A stretch of DNA of 64,000 nt from Candidatus Woesearchaeota archaeon. Its GTDB lineage: Archaea > Nanobdellota > Nanobdellia > Tiddalikarchaeales > Tiddalikarchaeaceae. Numbering within the stretch: the stretch's first letter is position 1; each line of letters begins with the position of its first letter. Positions 18,990 through 29,475 of this stretch are shown here, in pieces. The position numbers were made by a program, and so were the translations under genes. The notes beneath the pieces were generated by a model. That model did no database searches, was not told where the DNA came from, and saw only the letters and a program-made list of their open reading frames with translations. The DNA is taken from the NCBI GenBank assembly GCA_964457955.1, contig CAYWEY010000005.1, positions 923 to 64,922 of the forward strand, read 5' to 3'.

Positions 18990-20234
18990 ATGCCTGTAAG
19001 GACTTTTTTGTTAAAAGTATTATTAAGCACTGGTATCGGCATGCTTATTGGTGTTGAACGTGAAAGAGCGCATCATGGTTATCCTGCAGGAGTCAGGACT
19101 TTCTCATTATTATCCCTTACTGGAATGCTGACTAGTTTTATAGCAGCAGAATTCAATATTGACTGGGTTATTCCATTAGCAATAGTGTCCGTATTCTTGC
19201 TAATTACTTTGGGTTACTCAATGAGTATGTACGTTCACAGAAGTTTTGGACTGACAACAACAGTTGTTTTATTACTCACTTACTTAATGGGTATAGTAAG
19301 TTATTATGAGGATTACCAGTACTTGGCTATAAGTATTTCAATAATAACAACACTACTATTGACTGAGAAGAAAATGCTTCACGGTTTTGCAAGAAAAATA
19401 AAGAAAAAAGAATTACTTGACGGATTAAAATTCGGCATAGTCGCATTCATAATACTTCCTCTGCTCCCGAATAAGACAATAGATCCTTTAGGAGTCATTA
19501 ATCCATACAATTTATGGATGCTTGTAATATTCATACTATCAATAAGTTATGTTGCTTACATAAGTATGAAATTATTGGGAGGGAAAAAAGGAATGCTCTT
19601 ATCAGGTTTTTTCGGTGGAATGATTTCAAGCACTGCAACAACAATATCATTAAGTGAGAAAGTCAATAAATCAAAATCATTAGTTGGTCCAGGCCATATT
19701 GCAATACTTGTTTCCTGCACAACTCTCTTTGTGAGAGTATTGTTCGAAGTATTAGTTGTGAATAAAGAATTAGGAATCAGAATACTTCCAATGATGATTG
19801 CTCCTGCAATAGTGGGTTATTCGCTGAGTTTCTTATTCTCTGGAAAAACAAAAAATATTAAAGACAAGGACATAATAGAAGAAAGCCCTTTTAATTTTAT
19901 TCCAGCCATTAAGTTCACACTTCTTTTTGCAATCATACTTTTCATGTCAAAAATAGGAAAAATGTATTTCGGGGATTATGGTATTTACATAACAAGTTTT
20001 TTTGTAGGATTAGCAGATGTTGATGCTTTAGCTCTTTCAATGGCGAGCAGTTCTCCAGGAACAATATCATACAATACAGCAGTGATTTCAATAATTATTG
20101 TTACAATAACAAATACGTTAACAAAACTAGTGCTTTCAGGAATAATCGGAACTAAAGAATTGTTTAAAAAATTATTCTTCAAAAAATTATTATTAATAAT
20201 CAGTGTTTTGGCTGCTCTTCTTGTTTTTTCTTAA
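18990..20234 (+). CDS. MgtC/SapB family membrane protein (DUF4010-type)
   Basis: GMLIGVERE, AGVRTF, LPLLPN, GGMISSTATT, GLADVDA; many TM helices. Confidence 0.88.
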   Translation: MPVRTFLLKVLLSTGIGMLIGVERERAHHGYPAGVRTFSLLSLTGMLTSFIAAEFNIDWVIPLAIVSVFLLITLGYSMSMYVHRSFGLTTTVVLLLTYLMGIVSYYEDYQYLAISISIITTLLLTEKKMLHGFARKIKKKELLDGLKFGIVAFIILPLLPNKTIDPLGVINPYNLWMLVIFILSISYVAYISMKLLGGKKGMLLSGFFGGMISSTATTISLSEKVNKSKSLVGPGHIAILVSCTTLFVRVLFEVLVVNKELGIRILPMMIAPAIVGYSLSFLFSGKTKNIKDKDIIEESPFNFIPAIKFTLLFAIILFMSKIGKMYFGDYGIYITSFFVGLADVDALALSMASSSPGTISYNTAVISIIIVTITNTLTKLVLSGIIGTKELFKKLFFKKLLLIISVLAALLVFS

Positions 20235-20409
20235 CAGCTTTAATGTGTTTGCAGTCAGTCATTTTAATACTATACCACTTGCAGTCGCAAGTCCAACTAT
20301 CCTTGTCGCCTTTATAAATAACGCTGTGAACACTGCTTTTATCCTGATTAATTACTGTGAATGCTTTATTCTTGTTTGTTTCATAATCTCTTCTCACAAT
20401 AAGAACCAT
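20200..20409 (-). CDS. Small SWIM zinc-finger protein
   Basis: WTCDC-x9-CKHI motif. Confidence 0.7.
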   Translation of the reverse strand: MVLIVRRDYETNKNKAFTVINQDKSSVHSVIYKGDKDSWTCDCKWYSIKMTDCKHIKAVKKKQEEQPKH

Positions 20410-20466
20410 AAGTATTATAGAATAATGGTTAACATTTAAAAACTTATATTTATTAATTATATATTT

Positions 20467-20952
20467 ATGATTTGTAAGAACTGCGGTTACGGATTAAGAG
20501 AAGAATGGAAGTATTGTCCTAGATGCGGTAACAGAATATTAAGGATAAGAGGCATATTCGATGAATTCTTTAAAATGCTTAGAATACCCTCAAGTTTCGG
20601 AGGAATTAAAAAAAGTGGGAAAGGCAGGAGAATAAAAGTAAAAATAACTTCACGTTCACCCGGCAGGAAGAAAAGGATGAAGGAAAAAGAAAAAAAAATT
20701 GTTACACAAAAAAACTTAAAAGTTGTGGAACCAGCGACTAGTGTAACAAAAGATGATTCTTACACTAAAATAGAGATAAATATGCCGGGAGTAGAAAACC
20801 TTGAAGATATTGATTTTTTAAGAAGAGAAGATAGTGTGGAAATAGATGCTTACACAAAAGACATAAGATATTTTAAAATAATCAGTCTCGAGAATAAGGA
20901 TTTAATAGACAAAGATTTTAAGGACGAAAAACTAATCCTCAGACTGAAATAA
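20467..20952 (+). CDS. Zinc-ribbon plus Hsp20/alpha-crystallin-like protein
   Basis: CKNC...WKYCPRCG N-terminus; EP.T...IEINMPGV...YFKII C-terminus. Confidence 0.7.
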   Translation: MICKNCGYGLREEWKYCPRCGNRILRIRGIFDEFFKMLRIPSSFGGIKKSGKGRRIKVKITSRSPGRKKRMKEKEKKIVTQKNLKVVEPATSVTKDDSYTKIEINMPGVENLEDIDFLRREDSVEIDAYTKDIRYFKIISLENKDLIDKDFKDEKLILRLK

Positions 20953-20973
20953 ATTTATTGATATTGAGGAGGA

Positions 20974-23955
20974 TTAGCTAATGTTATAGTCTTTGCAGTC
21001 AATATCATTATCAGCATCACCATTAAGTGGACAACAACTGTCTCTTTCTTCATTATTTGGGGATGAATCGCAAGTGACTTCAGAAACACTACACACACCT
21101 AGTTTTACACTATTTTCATAACATTTCTCATTATTGCATGACACGCCTTCCCCAAACATTTCTTCACAATCACTGTCACTGCTGCATGAATAAAAAGCGC
21201 ATGGAGTGATTAAGTCATGATGATAACAGTCATACTTATTATAACATATAGGTGTGCAGTAACTATTTATGCATGCCTGAGTAACAGGACAATCACTGCC
21301 TGAATCACAACTCTTATAACCGCACGCCCCGCTTACACAAATATCATTCTCAGGAACACCATCTTTTCCGAACCATGCCATACATTCAAGACTGTCACTG
21401 CATGAGTGATGATGCTCGCATTTTCCTTCCTCGCATAAATAACCGCTTCCAAAACTGTTTATGCATTCAAGACTGTTCCTACATTCACAGTCAATATCTT
21501 TACTGACATCACTTCCTGCAGGACAACAACCATCACTCTCACCCCAGCTAGGATTAGTTATTAATTCACCACTACAATAATTCTTTAAAGGATTACTGAA
21601 AGTTGTGCAACCAATATTTTTATAACAACCATTATTCTCACTCTCGCACTGGCCGTCACTAAAACACCATGGTATCATACAAGTATTGTATTCAGAACAA
21701 TATTTTCCTGAAGAACAATCATTATCACTATCACATTTCTTTACACACTTATTCTTGTATAATACTTCATCATCCCCGCAATTCCTGAACCAGATATTAA
21801 CATCATCAACTAAGAAAGTGCTTTCTGAAGAACCATTATAGAATCCAGGACTATTCATACAGTCTGCTTCACCTGAAATAACGTATTCATGCCAGAAAGG
21901 ACTTCTTGCAATCGTATTACTGCTTAAAATCATTTTTGCACCACCATTAATTACTTGAATATTTGCACTCATACTATAATTAATAGGAAGACATGCAGCA
22001 TGAGGAATTTCAAAACCATTAATTATTGAACAACTGCTCCCATCATACTCCACAAATCCATCCTCTGCTATTAATCTCCCGCAATCTGATTTAGTGAATT
22101 CATCCAAAGAATCCATATCATTAGAATAGTGAACGCATTCTATCGGAGAATAACTAGTATATTCACAATCTGCATCACAAGTTCCTCCATTCTTGCAACT
22201 CACACTTATATCGCAAAAACCCATAGAGCAGTCCCCAGGAGTCATGCATTCAGGAGTAAAACAGGACTGTTCGCATATTATCTGCCCCGAACCACATCCA
22301 GTGCAGTCAGGATCATTCTCAAAATTACCCTCCTCAGGGCAGCAACCATCATCCAAACCAATAACTGTTATTTCTTCATAAACACAATTCTTATCACAAC
22401 CAGTTCCTTCACAGACACCGAATATGCATGGGTTGTCACTGACACAGTCAGTGTCATAACTGCATTCAGGTTCAAAACAATAACCATCACAACAATACTT
22501 GTTCATATAACAATCATTGTCACTCCTGCACGGTCTCATGCATTCACCATCAATTTTTTCATAACCAGTTTCGCAACTCTTCACGCACTCAGCATCACAT
22601 GTTCCGGGATAAACACAATAATAATAAGCATTCTCATCACTGCCCCTGCAGTCCCTGTTTGAATCACATTCAGGAGTAGTGCAATAATTATTGCATATTA
22701 TTTCGTTAGGTGAGCAATATTCATGAATGCATCTTGCATTAACAGTTCCTGGATTAATACATCTATGAGCATAACTCTTTCTTCCATCATCACAATCACT
22801 GTTATCAGTGCATGCAGGATTTATGCATGTTTCTGATATATAATCATAAACTTTTCCTTCAGGACATCCTGCTTCTTTATAAGGAATGCTTTCGCAGTAA
22901 GAATCGCACGGGTCATTATTAGTGTGGCATATATCTGCAGTTGTAGGATCCCCATCTTCACAGTCATTGTTAGAATAGCATGGAGTACTGCAGTAACCAT
23001 TACATAAAATCTGGTTTTCAGGACAATTAGTGCAGTCATTATCATTCGTCCTGTCGCAATCACTTGGACAGTAACCATCAAAATAAACACAACCAACTTC
23101 AGAATGACTGCAGTAAGCATTACATGTTCCAGGATGAATACATTCATCAACAGTGTATTCTTTATTATCACTGCAGTCGATGCTCGATTCGCATACTTCA
23201 ATACATGCACCATTACAGCATAATCTTTCATCACCACAATCTTCATGGACCATGCATGCTGAAGGAACATTCAATAATTCATTTTTTTCAATAATGTTTC
23301 CATAAGAAAGCATTTTAGTAGTGACGCTCCACTTCCCGCTTTTGTTGAGAGAAACATTCCTCCCAACCCATCTTCCCTGTTCTTCTTCAAATCCATCAAC
23401 AACAAAATTTTCACCATCAGGACCAGTAAAGTCAAAAACCACGTTCTGTGCTTCAGTGCCTGAAAGAAATAAAATACTGAATTCTTCACCAGCAACTAGT
23501 TCTTCTTCAATTATTAATTCGTTTTTTGGAACTACTGGAACAGAAAGTATGAGTATTATACTAATTAAGCATACAAACCCTAATAATCCTATAACTATTT
23601 TTTTCTTCTCCCTTAATAACTTATTCAATCCAGTTATTTTATCCTCTAATTTTTTAACATTATAACCAAGAAATTTCATCTTCTTTTTCTTATTATAACC
23701 GCACTTTGAACAACTCCTGCTTTTATGAACTAGTTTTCCGCATTCAGGACAGTGCCATAAGTGGGGATAATGAAGTTCATTAGGATAATTACATTTCGGA
23801 CAACTCCTGCTTTTATGAACTAGTTTTCCGCATTCAGGACAACTCCATAAATTAGGGTAGTGAAGAGAGTATTCGAATCCACAGTGAGCACATTTTTTAG
23901 AATCCTTAACTATTTTATGACAACTAGGACACTTCCAGTTTTCAGGATAACTCAT
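20974..23955 (-). CDS. Type II membrane protein: three N-terminal zinc ribbons, TM, Ig-like domain, long Cys-rich repeat ectodomain
   Basis: YPxxWxCPxC..CxxC three times; hydrophobic IVIGLLGFVCLISIILILSV; repeated CxSxxDC and C..PGTC.A.C units. Confidence 0.8.
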   Translation of the reverse strand: MSYPENWKCPSCHKIVKDSKKCAHCGFEYSLHYPNLWSCPECGKLVHKSRSCPKCNYPNELHYPHLWHCPECGKLVHKSRSCSKCGYNKKKKMKFLGYNVKKLEDKITGLNKLLREKKKIVIGLLGFVCLISIILILSVPVVPKNELIIEEELVAGEEFSILFLSGTEAQNVVFDFTGPDGENFVVDGFEEEQGRWVGRNVSLNKSGKWSVTTKMLSYGNIIEKNELLNVPSACMVHEDCGDERLCCNGACIEVCESSIDCSDNKEYTVDECIHPGTCNAYCSHSEVGCVYFDGYCPSDCDRTNDNDCTNCPENQILCNGYCSTPCYSNNDCEDGDPTTADICHTNNDPCDSYCESIPYKEAGCPEGKVYDYISETCINPACTDNSDCDDGRKSYAHRCINPGTVNARCIHEYCSPNEIICNNYCTTPECDSNRDCRGSDENAYYYCVYPGTCDAECVKSCETGYEKIDGECMRPCRSDNDCYMNKYCCDGYCFEPECSYDTDCVSDNPCIFGVCEGTGCDKNCVYEEITVIGLDDGCCPEEGNFENDPDCTGCGSGQIICEQSCFTPECMTPGDCSMGFCDISVSCKNGGTCDADCEYTSYSPIECVHYSNDMDSLDEFTKSDCGRLIAEDGFVEYDGSSCSIINGFEIPHAACLPINYSMSANIQVINGGAKMILSSNTIARSPFWHEYVISGEADCMNSPGFYNGSSESTFLVDDVNIWFRNCGDDEVLYKNKCVKKCDSDNDCSSGKYCSEYNTCMIPWCFSDGQCESENNGCYKNIGCTTFSNPLKNYCSGELITNPSWGESDGCCPAGSDVSKDIDCECRNSLECINSFGSGYLCEEGKCEHHHSCSDSLECMAWFGKDGVPENDICVSGACGYKSCDSGSDCPVTQACINSYCTPICYNKYDCYHHDLITPCAFYSCSSDSDCEEMFGEGVSCNNEKCYENSVKLGVCSVSEVTCDSSPNNEERDSCCPLNGDADNDIDCKDYNIS
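23710..23841. repeat. 42-bp identical direct repeat (23710-23751 and 23800-23841)
   Basis: acaactcctgcttttatgaactagttttccgcattcaggaca twice, 90 bp apart; encodes CPECGKLVHKSRSC. Confidence 0.9.
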
Positions 23956-23990
23956 AAAAAAAAATAGGAAAAGGGTTTATAAAAAATTAA

Positions 23991-26081
23991 TTATTCACAC
24001 GCAGAGCTTATTGTTCCCGGATTAAAACAAGTTTCGCCTTCATCACAATCCTCATCAGAGCAGCAAGTGTATGAGCAGATGCATGCAGAGCTGCATTGTC
24101 CAGGATTATCACAATACTCGCCGCTCAGACAGTCATCATCACCATCACATTCAACAAGGCACTCTCCACAGCTCGCACTGCATGTTCCTGGATTGTAACA
24201 AACACACTTGTCAACATCAACACTTGAACAAGCATTTGTGAAATAACAATCGCTGTCTTCATCACACACTACTTCACAGCATTCTGCTTCGCACGTGTCA
24301 GGATTAACACATGATTGCCCTGGAGGACAATTAATATCATCATAACATTCTATATCGCAGTAAGTGTGAGTGCAGGAATAATTGCATGGTCCGAATCTTG
24401 TGCATTCATCAATTGTTTTAGGATTATTATCATCACATTCCTCATCGTTCGCGCAGTCAAGTTCTTGGCAGAAACCATCACAACAACCATATCCTGGACT
24501 GCAATCAGCTGATGAAGTGCAATTCTCTCCTGAATACTCACAATACGCATCACAACTCCCTCTGTTTATACAGAAATCTTCAGTTTCTTCAATCCCATCA
24601 TCACAGTCAGAATTACGAATGCATTCAGGAGTGCAGCATTCAGATTCTATTGTTCCAGGATTATCACATATTTCTCCCTCACCACAATCCTCATCATTAA
24701 AACATATTATTTCTTCACTAACACATTCTGCTTCACAAGTTCCTGGATTAATACATGTATATTTAAAATGTTCACTATATCCTTCACAATCACTATTATA
24801 CTGGCATTCAGGAACAATGCATTGACCATTACATAATATTTGTTCTCCAGGACAATTAGTGCAGTCAACATCACTAATTCTGTTGCATTTTTCAGGACAT
24901 ATTCCGTCGCTGGTTTGATTATTACATTCTACTAATGTGTGATTGCATCTTGCCTGGCAGGAGCCGGGATTAAGGCATTCATCAATAGTGCCTTCATGAC
25001 TATCATCACAGTCATTATTATCAGAACAAACAGGAATTATACAACTGCAGTTGCAGCATATCTTATTAACACAGTCATTATCGGACAAACAGCTGCATTG
25101 AACATTTATGACAGAACTATATATTATTTCATCACCTGATTTAACATTAACACTCCACTCACCAGTCTCATTAAGAGTTGTGTTAGGAATTATTATTCCA
25201 TCACTTCCGCTTATCTCTCCCCTTTCTGTTATTGCTCTTCCTGAAGGACTTATGAATTCAAAAACCACATTCTTTTTATCTGTTTTAAAAATAGGTGTGA
25301 ATTCTTCACCAGCATTCACTGTTCCAACAATTAATTCCTGTTTTGGTCCTGAAAAGAGAGTTAATAATAATATTATTAATATTATAGTAAGGATTAGTCC
25401 ACCACCACCATAAATTAAGTATTTTTTATTCTCCATCAAAACGTTTTTAATATTCTCAACAGGCGAGTGTGGTTTAATATCAAGAAGTTCTTCTTCCTTC
25501 TCCTCTTTTTTCTTAGGTGAAGGGCTTGGTTTTTCTTGCTCTGATGATGATAAGTCAGGGAGTTCTGGTTTTCCTGTCGGCACTGGTTGTTCTGGTGGGG
25601 GAGTTTTTTCTTCTGAAGCCTCTTTTTTTTCACTGATTGGTTCGGGTTCAGGAGTTGGTTTTTCTGGTGCAGGTTTGCTTGATTCACTAATTGGTGTAGT
25701 TTTTTCAATGGGACTTACTGGTTGTTCTGGTATTACGGGTGAAGGCCTGCTTTTTTCCTGAGTTGGTGAGGGGCTTGGTTCTATCTCTTTTTCTGGCATT
25801 TCATGATTTATAGGTAAAGGTTTTCCGGGTGAAGGGCTTGGTTTTTCTTGCTCTGATGATGATAAGTCAGGGAGTTCTGGTTTTCCTGTCGGCACTGGTT
25901 GTTCTGGTGGGGGAGTTTTTTCTTCTGAAGCCTCTTTTTTTTCACTGATTGGTTCGGGTTCAGGAGTTAATGGTTTTTCTTTTTCAGTAGTTTCAGGAGG
26001 AGGAGGTGGTATTTCTTCTTTTTCAAGCCCCAACTCTTTTCTTAATTCTTTTTCAAAATCGTTTTCAGAATCCTCAGCCAT
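23991..26081 (-). CDS. Type II membrane protein: Pro/Glu-rich N-terminus, TM, Ig-like domain, Cys-rich repeats; paralog of the adjacent gene
   Basis: About 200-aa PEST-like region; TM LILTIILIILLLTLF; AGEEF...VVFEF..P.G..LNETGEWSV shared with neighbour; repeated NPG(T/S)C units. Confidence 0.8.
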   Translation of the reverse strand: MAEDSENDFEKELRKELGLEKEEIPPPPPETTEKEKPLTPEPEPISEKKEASEEKTPPPEQPVPTGKPELPDLSSSEQEKPSPSPGKPLPINHEMPEKEIEPSPSPTQEKSRPSPVIPEQPVSPIEKTTPISESSKPAPEKPTPEPEPISEKKEASEEKTPPPEQPVPTGKPELPDLSSSEQEKPSPSPKKKEEKEEELLDIKPHSPVENIKNVLMENKKYLIYGGGGLILTIILIILLLTLFSGPKQELIVGTVNAGEEFTPIFKTDKKNVVFEFISPSGRAITERGEISGSDGIIIPNTTLNETGEWSVNVKSGDEIIYSSVINVQCSCLSDNDCVNKICCNCSCIIPVCSDNNDCDDSHEGTIDECLNPGSCQARCNHTLVECNNQTSDGICPEKCNRISDVDCTNCPGEQILCNGQCIVPECQYNSDCEGYSEHFKYTCINPGTCEAECVSEEIICFNDEDCGEGEICDNPGTIESECCTPECIRNSDCDDGIEETEDFCINRGSCDAYCEYSGENCTSSADCSPGYGCCDGFCQELDCANDEECDDNNPKTIDECTRFGPCNYSCTHTYCDIECYDDINCPPGQSCVNPDTCEAECCEVVCDEDSDCYFTNACSSVDVDKCVCYNPGTCSASCGECLVECDGDDDCLSGEYCDNPGQCSSACICSYTCCSDEDCDEGETCFNPGTISSACE
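25516..25968. repeat. 141-bp identical direct repeat (25516-25656 and 25828-25968)
   Basis: Exact copy encoding the TPEPEPISEKKEASEEKTPPPEQPVPTGKPELPDLSSSEQEKPSPSP segment; 312-bp period. Confidence 0.9.
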
Positions 26082-26115
26082 CTAGAAAATAATAAAAAAA
26101 GGATATAATAAAAAT

Positions 26116-26460
26116 TTAATTATTCCTCAGTTTTAAGAGCATCTTCAAGTATTTTTTTTTTTTTTTTTTCTTAGTCTCAGGCTCTTCACTTATTAAACTA
26201 ATCTTTCTTGTTCTTTCTGCTCCGCAGTAAGGGCAGGAAGTGTTGCCTTCAACGATTGAAAAACAATTCGGGCACTGCCATCTTTCAGGATAATTCAGAT
26301 TATTAGGATACTTGCAGTTAAGGCATTCATCAACGTTTTCATTAACTTTATTGCATGCAGGACAATCATCAAAGAAACAAAAACCATATTTTTCGCACTC
26401 TTCATTATTCTCAATAGTGTTTTTGCATGCAGGACAAGTCCAATTATCATGATAAGCAAT
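26116..26460 (-). pseudogene. Triple zinc-ribbon protein lacking an ATG (ATT at the start position); paralog of the N-terminus of 20974-23955
   Basis: Manual translation: IAYHDNWTCPACKNTIENNEECEKYGF...CPAC...CLNCKYPNNLNYPERWQCPNC...CPYCG...KKKKKKK; 18-nt A run at 26152-26169; absent from the ORF track. Confidence 0.75.
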
Positions 26461-26526
26461 GATTTTAATTAATTATTTATTAGAATAAAAAACTTATTTA
26501 AGTAATCAATCTTAAAAATAAGATAT

Positions 26527-27393
26527 ATGGATATTTATGCTTATTCAGTTATTGAAGAGAGTTTTTCTAAGACAATAAATTTTTTGAGAAAAAACACTAA
26601 AAAATTGTTCAGACTTTCATTATTTAATCTTATTTTAGGAACTATGGATGGTTTTTTCGGTTTAGTTATTGTTTATTTTTTACTTAAACAAACACATTAT
26701 GAAGTGCTTGCAGCAGGGATTAATTCTTTCATTAACAATTTTTTCCTAAGTTTTTATAATAATCAATTATTAATACTTAGTTTAGTTTCCTTACTTGTTT
26801 TAATCTATTTAAGGGTTTTATTAACTCTGTTAATACTGAACCTTCTTGATAAAAATAAAAAATTATTACCTAATTTTAATATTTATAAGAAAATAAGCAT
26901 TGATTTTGCGATTGTTAAAACATTCTTAATAATTCTTCTCATAACAATTATTTATTATTCATTCTATAATCCTTTCAACAGGTTGATGAACCTGATTCTT
27001 TATCTTTACATTTTTTTATATGCTTATACTAGTTTAGTGCTTGACAATATTTTTCTTCCAAAAATATATTTAAAGAACAAGAGTTTTTTCAACGTGGTAA
27101 CAAAAAAATTTGATTATAAAAATGTTCAGATTGTTTCTTTCTTAACAGTAAGGATATTGTTGAAAGGATTTTTATTACTTATTCAGGCAGTAATTTCAAT
27201 ACCTCTAGGTTTATTATTTTTTGAAATTTTAAAAATCAGTATTAATATTATGCCAATTTATAACAATATAACTATTTTCCTGTCTTTATTATTATTCTTA
27301 TTCTGTTTATCAGTCTCTTTTTTAACTCTGCCGTTAACAATTTATAATTATAATCATTTATTATTATTTTATAAAAAAGCTGGAAAAAAATGA
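26527..27393 (+). CDS. Multi-pass membrane protein of unknown function
   Basis: 288 aa with about six hydrophobic segments; ATGA overlap with nucS. Confidence 0.65.
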   Translation: MDIYAYSVIEESFSKTINFLRKNTKKLFRLSLFNLILGTMDGFFGLVIVYFLLKQTHYEVLAAGINSFINNFFLSFYNNQLLILSLVSLLVLIYLRVLLTLLILNLLDKNKKLLPNFNIYKKISIDFAIVKTFLIILLITIIYYSFYNPFNRLMNLILYLYIFLYAYTSLVLDNIFLPKIYLKNKSFFNVVTKKFDYKNVQIVSFLTVRILLKGFLLLIQAVISIPLGLLFFEILKISINIMPIYNNITIFLSLLLFLFCLSVSFLTLPLTIYNYNHLLLFYKKAGKK

Positions 27394-28127
27394 TTAAGCA
27401 AATTCGTGAAATAAAGAACTGGATTAAGAATAATTACAGCATAGTATTATTCTGCAGTTGTGAAGTAGAGTATTCCGGAAGAGCAGAGAGTTTTCTTCCT
27501 GAAGGAGAAAGAATTTTAATAATCAAGAATGATAATACTGTTCTTGTTCATCAGCCTAATGGAAGAAACCCTATTAATTGGATGCCTGAGAAATCAAACA
27601 TAAGATTAGAAGAGGAGGACGGGACCATAGTTATAAATTGTTTTAGTGTTAATACTCATGAAAGAATGAGAATTGTTGTTTACAAAATTTATGAAACAAC
27701 AAATGCTCCCCTAGTTGATGCTGAACAGTTAAGGATTGTAGGAACAGAAGATGATATGTCCCAAATGATATATGATAATCCTGAAATAATAAGCAAAGAA
27801 TTCACCCCCTTCAGCAGGGAGGAACAGACAGAGTATGGTTTTATAGACGTATTCGGGCATGATAAAAATGGTTCATTAATAATTGTTGAATGCAAAAGAT
27901 ATACTGCAGGACTTAGCAGTATTCAGCAGTTAAGACGATATGTTGAGAAAATAATGAAGTCTAAAGGCACTGAAAACATAACAGGATATATTGCAGCACC
28001 CGATATTACTAAGAATGCGTTAAGAATGCTTAATGACTGGGGGTTTGAGTACGCGCGAGTGGAACCTCCTAACCGGTTGAAAGAATACAGGAGAAAACAG
28101 GAAAAATTAACAAAATTTTTGGAATAG
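27390..28127 (+). CDS. nucS: Endonuclease NucS/EndoMS
   Basis: CEVEYSGRAES, LVHQPNGRNPINW, GFIDVFG...IVECKR, QLRRY. Confidence 0.93.
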   Translation: MIKQIREIKNWIKNNYSIVLFCSCEVEYSGRAESFLPEGERILIIKNDNTVLVHQPNGRNPINWMPEKSNIRLEEEDGTIVINCFSVNTHERMRIVVYKIYETTNAPLVDAEQLRIVGTEDDMSQMIYDNPEIISKEFTPFSREEQTEYGFIDVFGHDKNGSLIIVECKRYTAGLSSIQQLRRYVEKIMKSKGTENITGYIAAPDITKNALRMLNDWGFEYARVEPPNRLKEYRRKQEKLTKFLE

Positions 28128-28164
28128 TAAGAGTTTTATTTAACCAGTATGTTAATAATTAATT

Positions 28165-28422
28165 ATGAACATGTTTTTTTATTTTTTGTCAGGACTCTCT
28201 TTCATACTCGGAGGTTTCATAATATACTTCAGAGAGATGAGCAAGACAATACTCTATTTTTCTCTTGGTTTTGTTTTATTAGGTATTTATTTAATGTTTT
28301 ATGGAATAATTTTTCCTAACGAATTAATACGCTTTGTTTTTAACCTTCCTTTATTGTTTGCTTCAATTCTTTTTTTATCAGGCATAATGTATTATTACAG
28401 TAAAAAAAGTGATGAGAAATGA
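28165..28422 (+). CDS. Small membrane protein (about three TM)
   Basis: Hydrophobic 85-aa ORF with AT-rich promoter-like upstream sequence. Confidence 0.55.
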   Translation: MNMFFYFLSGLSFILGGFIIYFREMSKTILYFSLGFVLLGIYLMFYGIIFPNELIRFVFNLPLLFASILFLSGIMYYYSKKSDEK

Positions 28423-28733
28423 TATTTGATTTCCTTAATGTTATGGTTGAATACACTGTCTCTTTCTTATTACTTGTCGTGCTCGTCTCGCTTACTTTTA
28501 TTCTTGCAAAAGAGAGAAGAAAATTGTACAGGTGTTTCTGGGGAGCATTCATATTAGTTTTTTTCTTATTATTCATCCAATCATTAATAAACATGTTTAC
28601 TTTTTTCTTGACTTCTGACGTAAAAGACAGTGTTAACGCAGTTACTAAAATGGGAGATTTTTTATTAGTTACTGCTAGCATAGTATTATTGTTTTTTAGT
28701 TTGACATGTCATCGTTTAAAGAAGTATTTTTAA
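28419..28733 (+). CDS. Small membrane protein (about three TM)
   Basis: Hydrophobic 104-aa ORF; ATGA overlap with the previous gene. Confidence 0.55.
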   Translation: MIFDFLNVMVEYTVSFLLLVVLVSLTFILAKERRKLYRCFWGAFILVFFLLFIQSLINMFTFFLTSDVKDSVNAVTKMGDFLLVTASIVLLFFSLTCHRLKKYF

Positions 28734-29205
28734 AAAAGAAATAAGTCCAGATACAAGGATAAATCAGTAAAAATAGGGAATAAGGAATAAGACTGAAACA
28801 GAGTATTAAAGAAACTAATACTATTAGTCTTGACCAGACATTATTAATTATTATGGTTTTATAAACTCCTGGTTCAATATTTTTTGTTTTCGCATCCTTA
28901 ATCCATTCACTTACAGAATAATACTTTCCTTTTCCTACACCCGGACAATTGTCTGAAAGAATAACACTTTTTTTATTAACTTTAATAACAGGATAAAGAT
29001 TACAATATAATGGTTTATTATCGTAAATAATGCATTCATGATTCTTGTTTAGGAAAACACAGTTTTTTTTATTCTTATCATAATATATATTATTCTTATC
29101 TGCCCAGCACTTCACATAATATTTTATGAATAAATCTGTGCAGCACTTTTTGCATTCTTTTCCCAAACATTTGAACCTGAATCCGCTTTTTCTGGGAATA
29201 AGCAT
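28696..29205 (-). CDS. YkgJ-family cysteine-cluster protein with C-terminal hydrophobic segment
   Basis: FKC...CKKCC, CVFL....CIIYDNKPLYCNLYP, CPGVGKG. Confidence 0.8.
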   Translation of the reverse strand: MLIPRKSGFRFKCLGKECKKCCTDLFIKYYVKCWADKNNIYYDKNKKNCVFLNKNHECIIYDNKPLYCNLYPVIKVNKKSVILSDNCPGVGKGKYYSVSEWIKDAKTKNIEPGVYKTIIINNVWSRLIVLVSLILCFSLIPYSLFLLIYPCIWTYFFFKNTSLNDDMSN

Positions 29206-29244
29206 AAATTTTTATAAATAACCCTGTATTTATAAAACAATGTT

Positions 29245-29439
29245 ATGTTAAGATTTATTTTTCCAAAAGTTGAAAGAGCGGTTGGTTTTTTTCTCATTAT
29301 TTTCGGACTGTTCTGCAGTATAACAATAATAGGAACATTTATAGGAATACCTTTAATAATTGCAGGATCAGTTATGCTGGGAAAATCAGCGCTTAAAATA
29401 GAATCAGGCAAAATAACTGGTTTTTTCAAGAAAAAATAG
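29245..29439 (+). CDS. Small membrane protein
   Basis: 64 aa; GLFCSITIIG..IGIPLIIAG hairpin-type motif. Confidence 0.55.
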   Translation: MLRFIFPKVERAVGFFLIIFGLFCSITIIGTFIGIPLIIAGSVMLGKSALKIESGKITGFFKKK

Positions 29440-29475
29440 AACTATTTAAAAAGAATAAGGATTTAATTTTTTTTA

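Noticed and set aside
23710..25968. Exact direct repeats as CRISPR, att sites or DGR template/variable repeats
   Set aside because: They are two-copy, in-frame intragenic duplications with no spacers, no adenine-specific mismatches, and no reverse transcriptase or integrase nearby.
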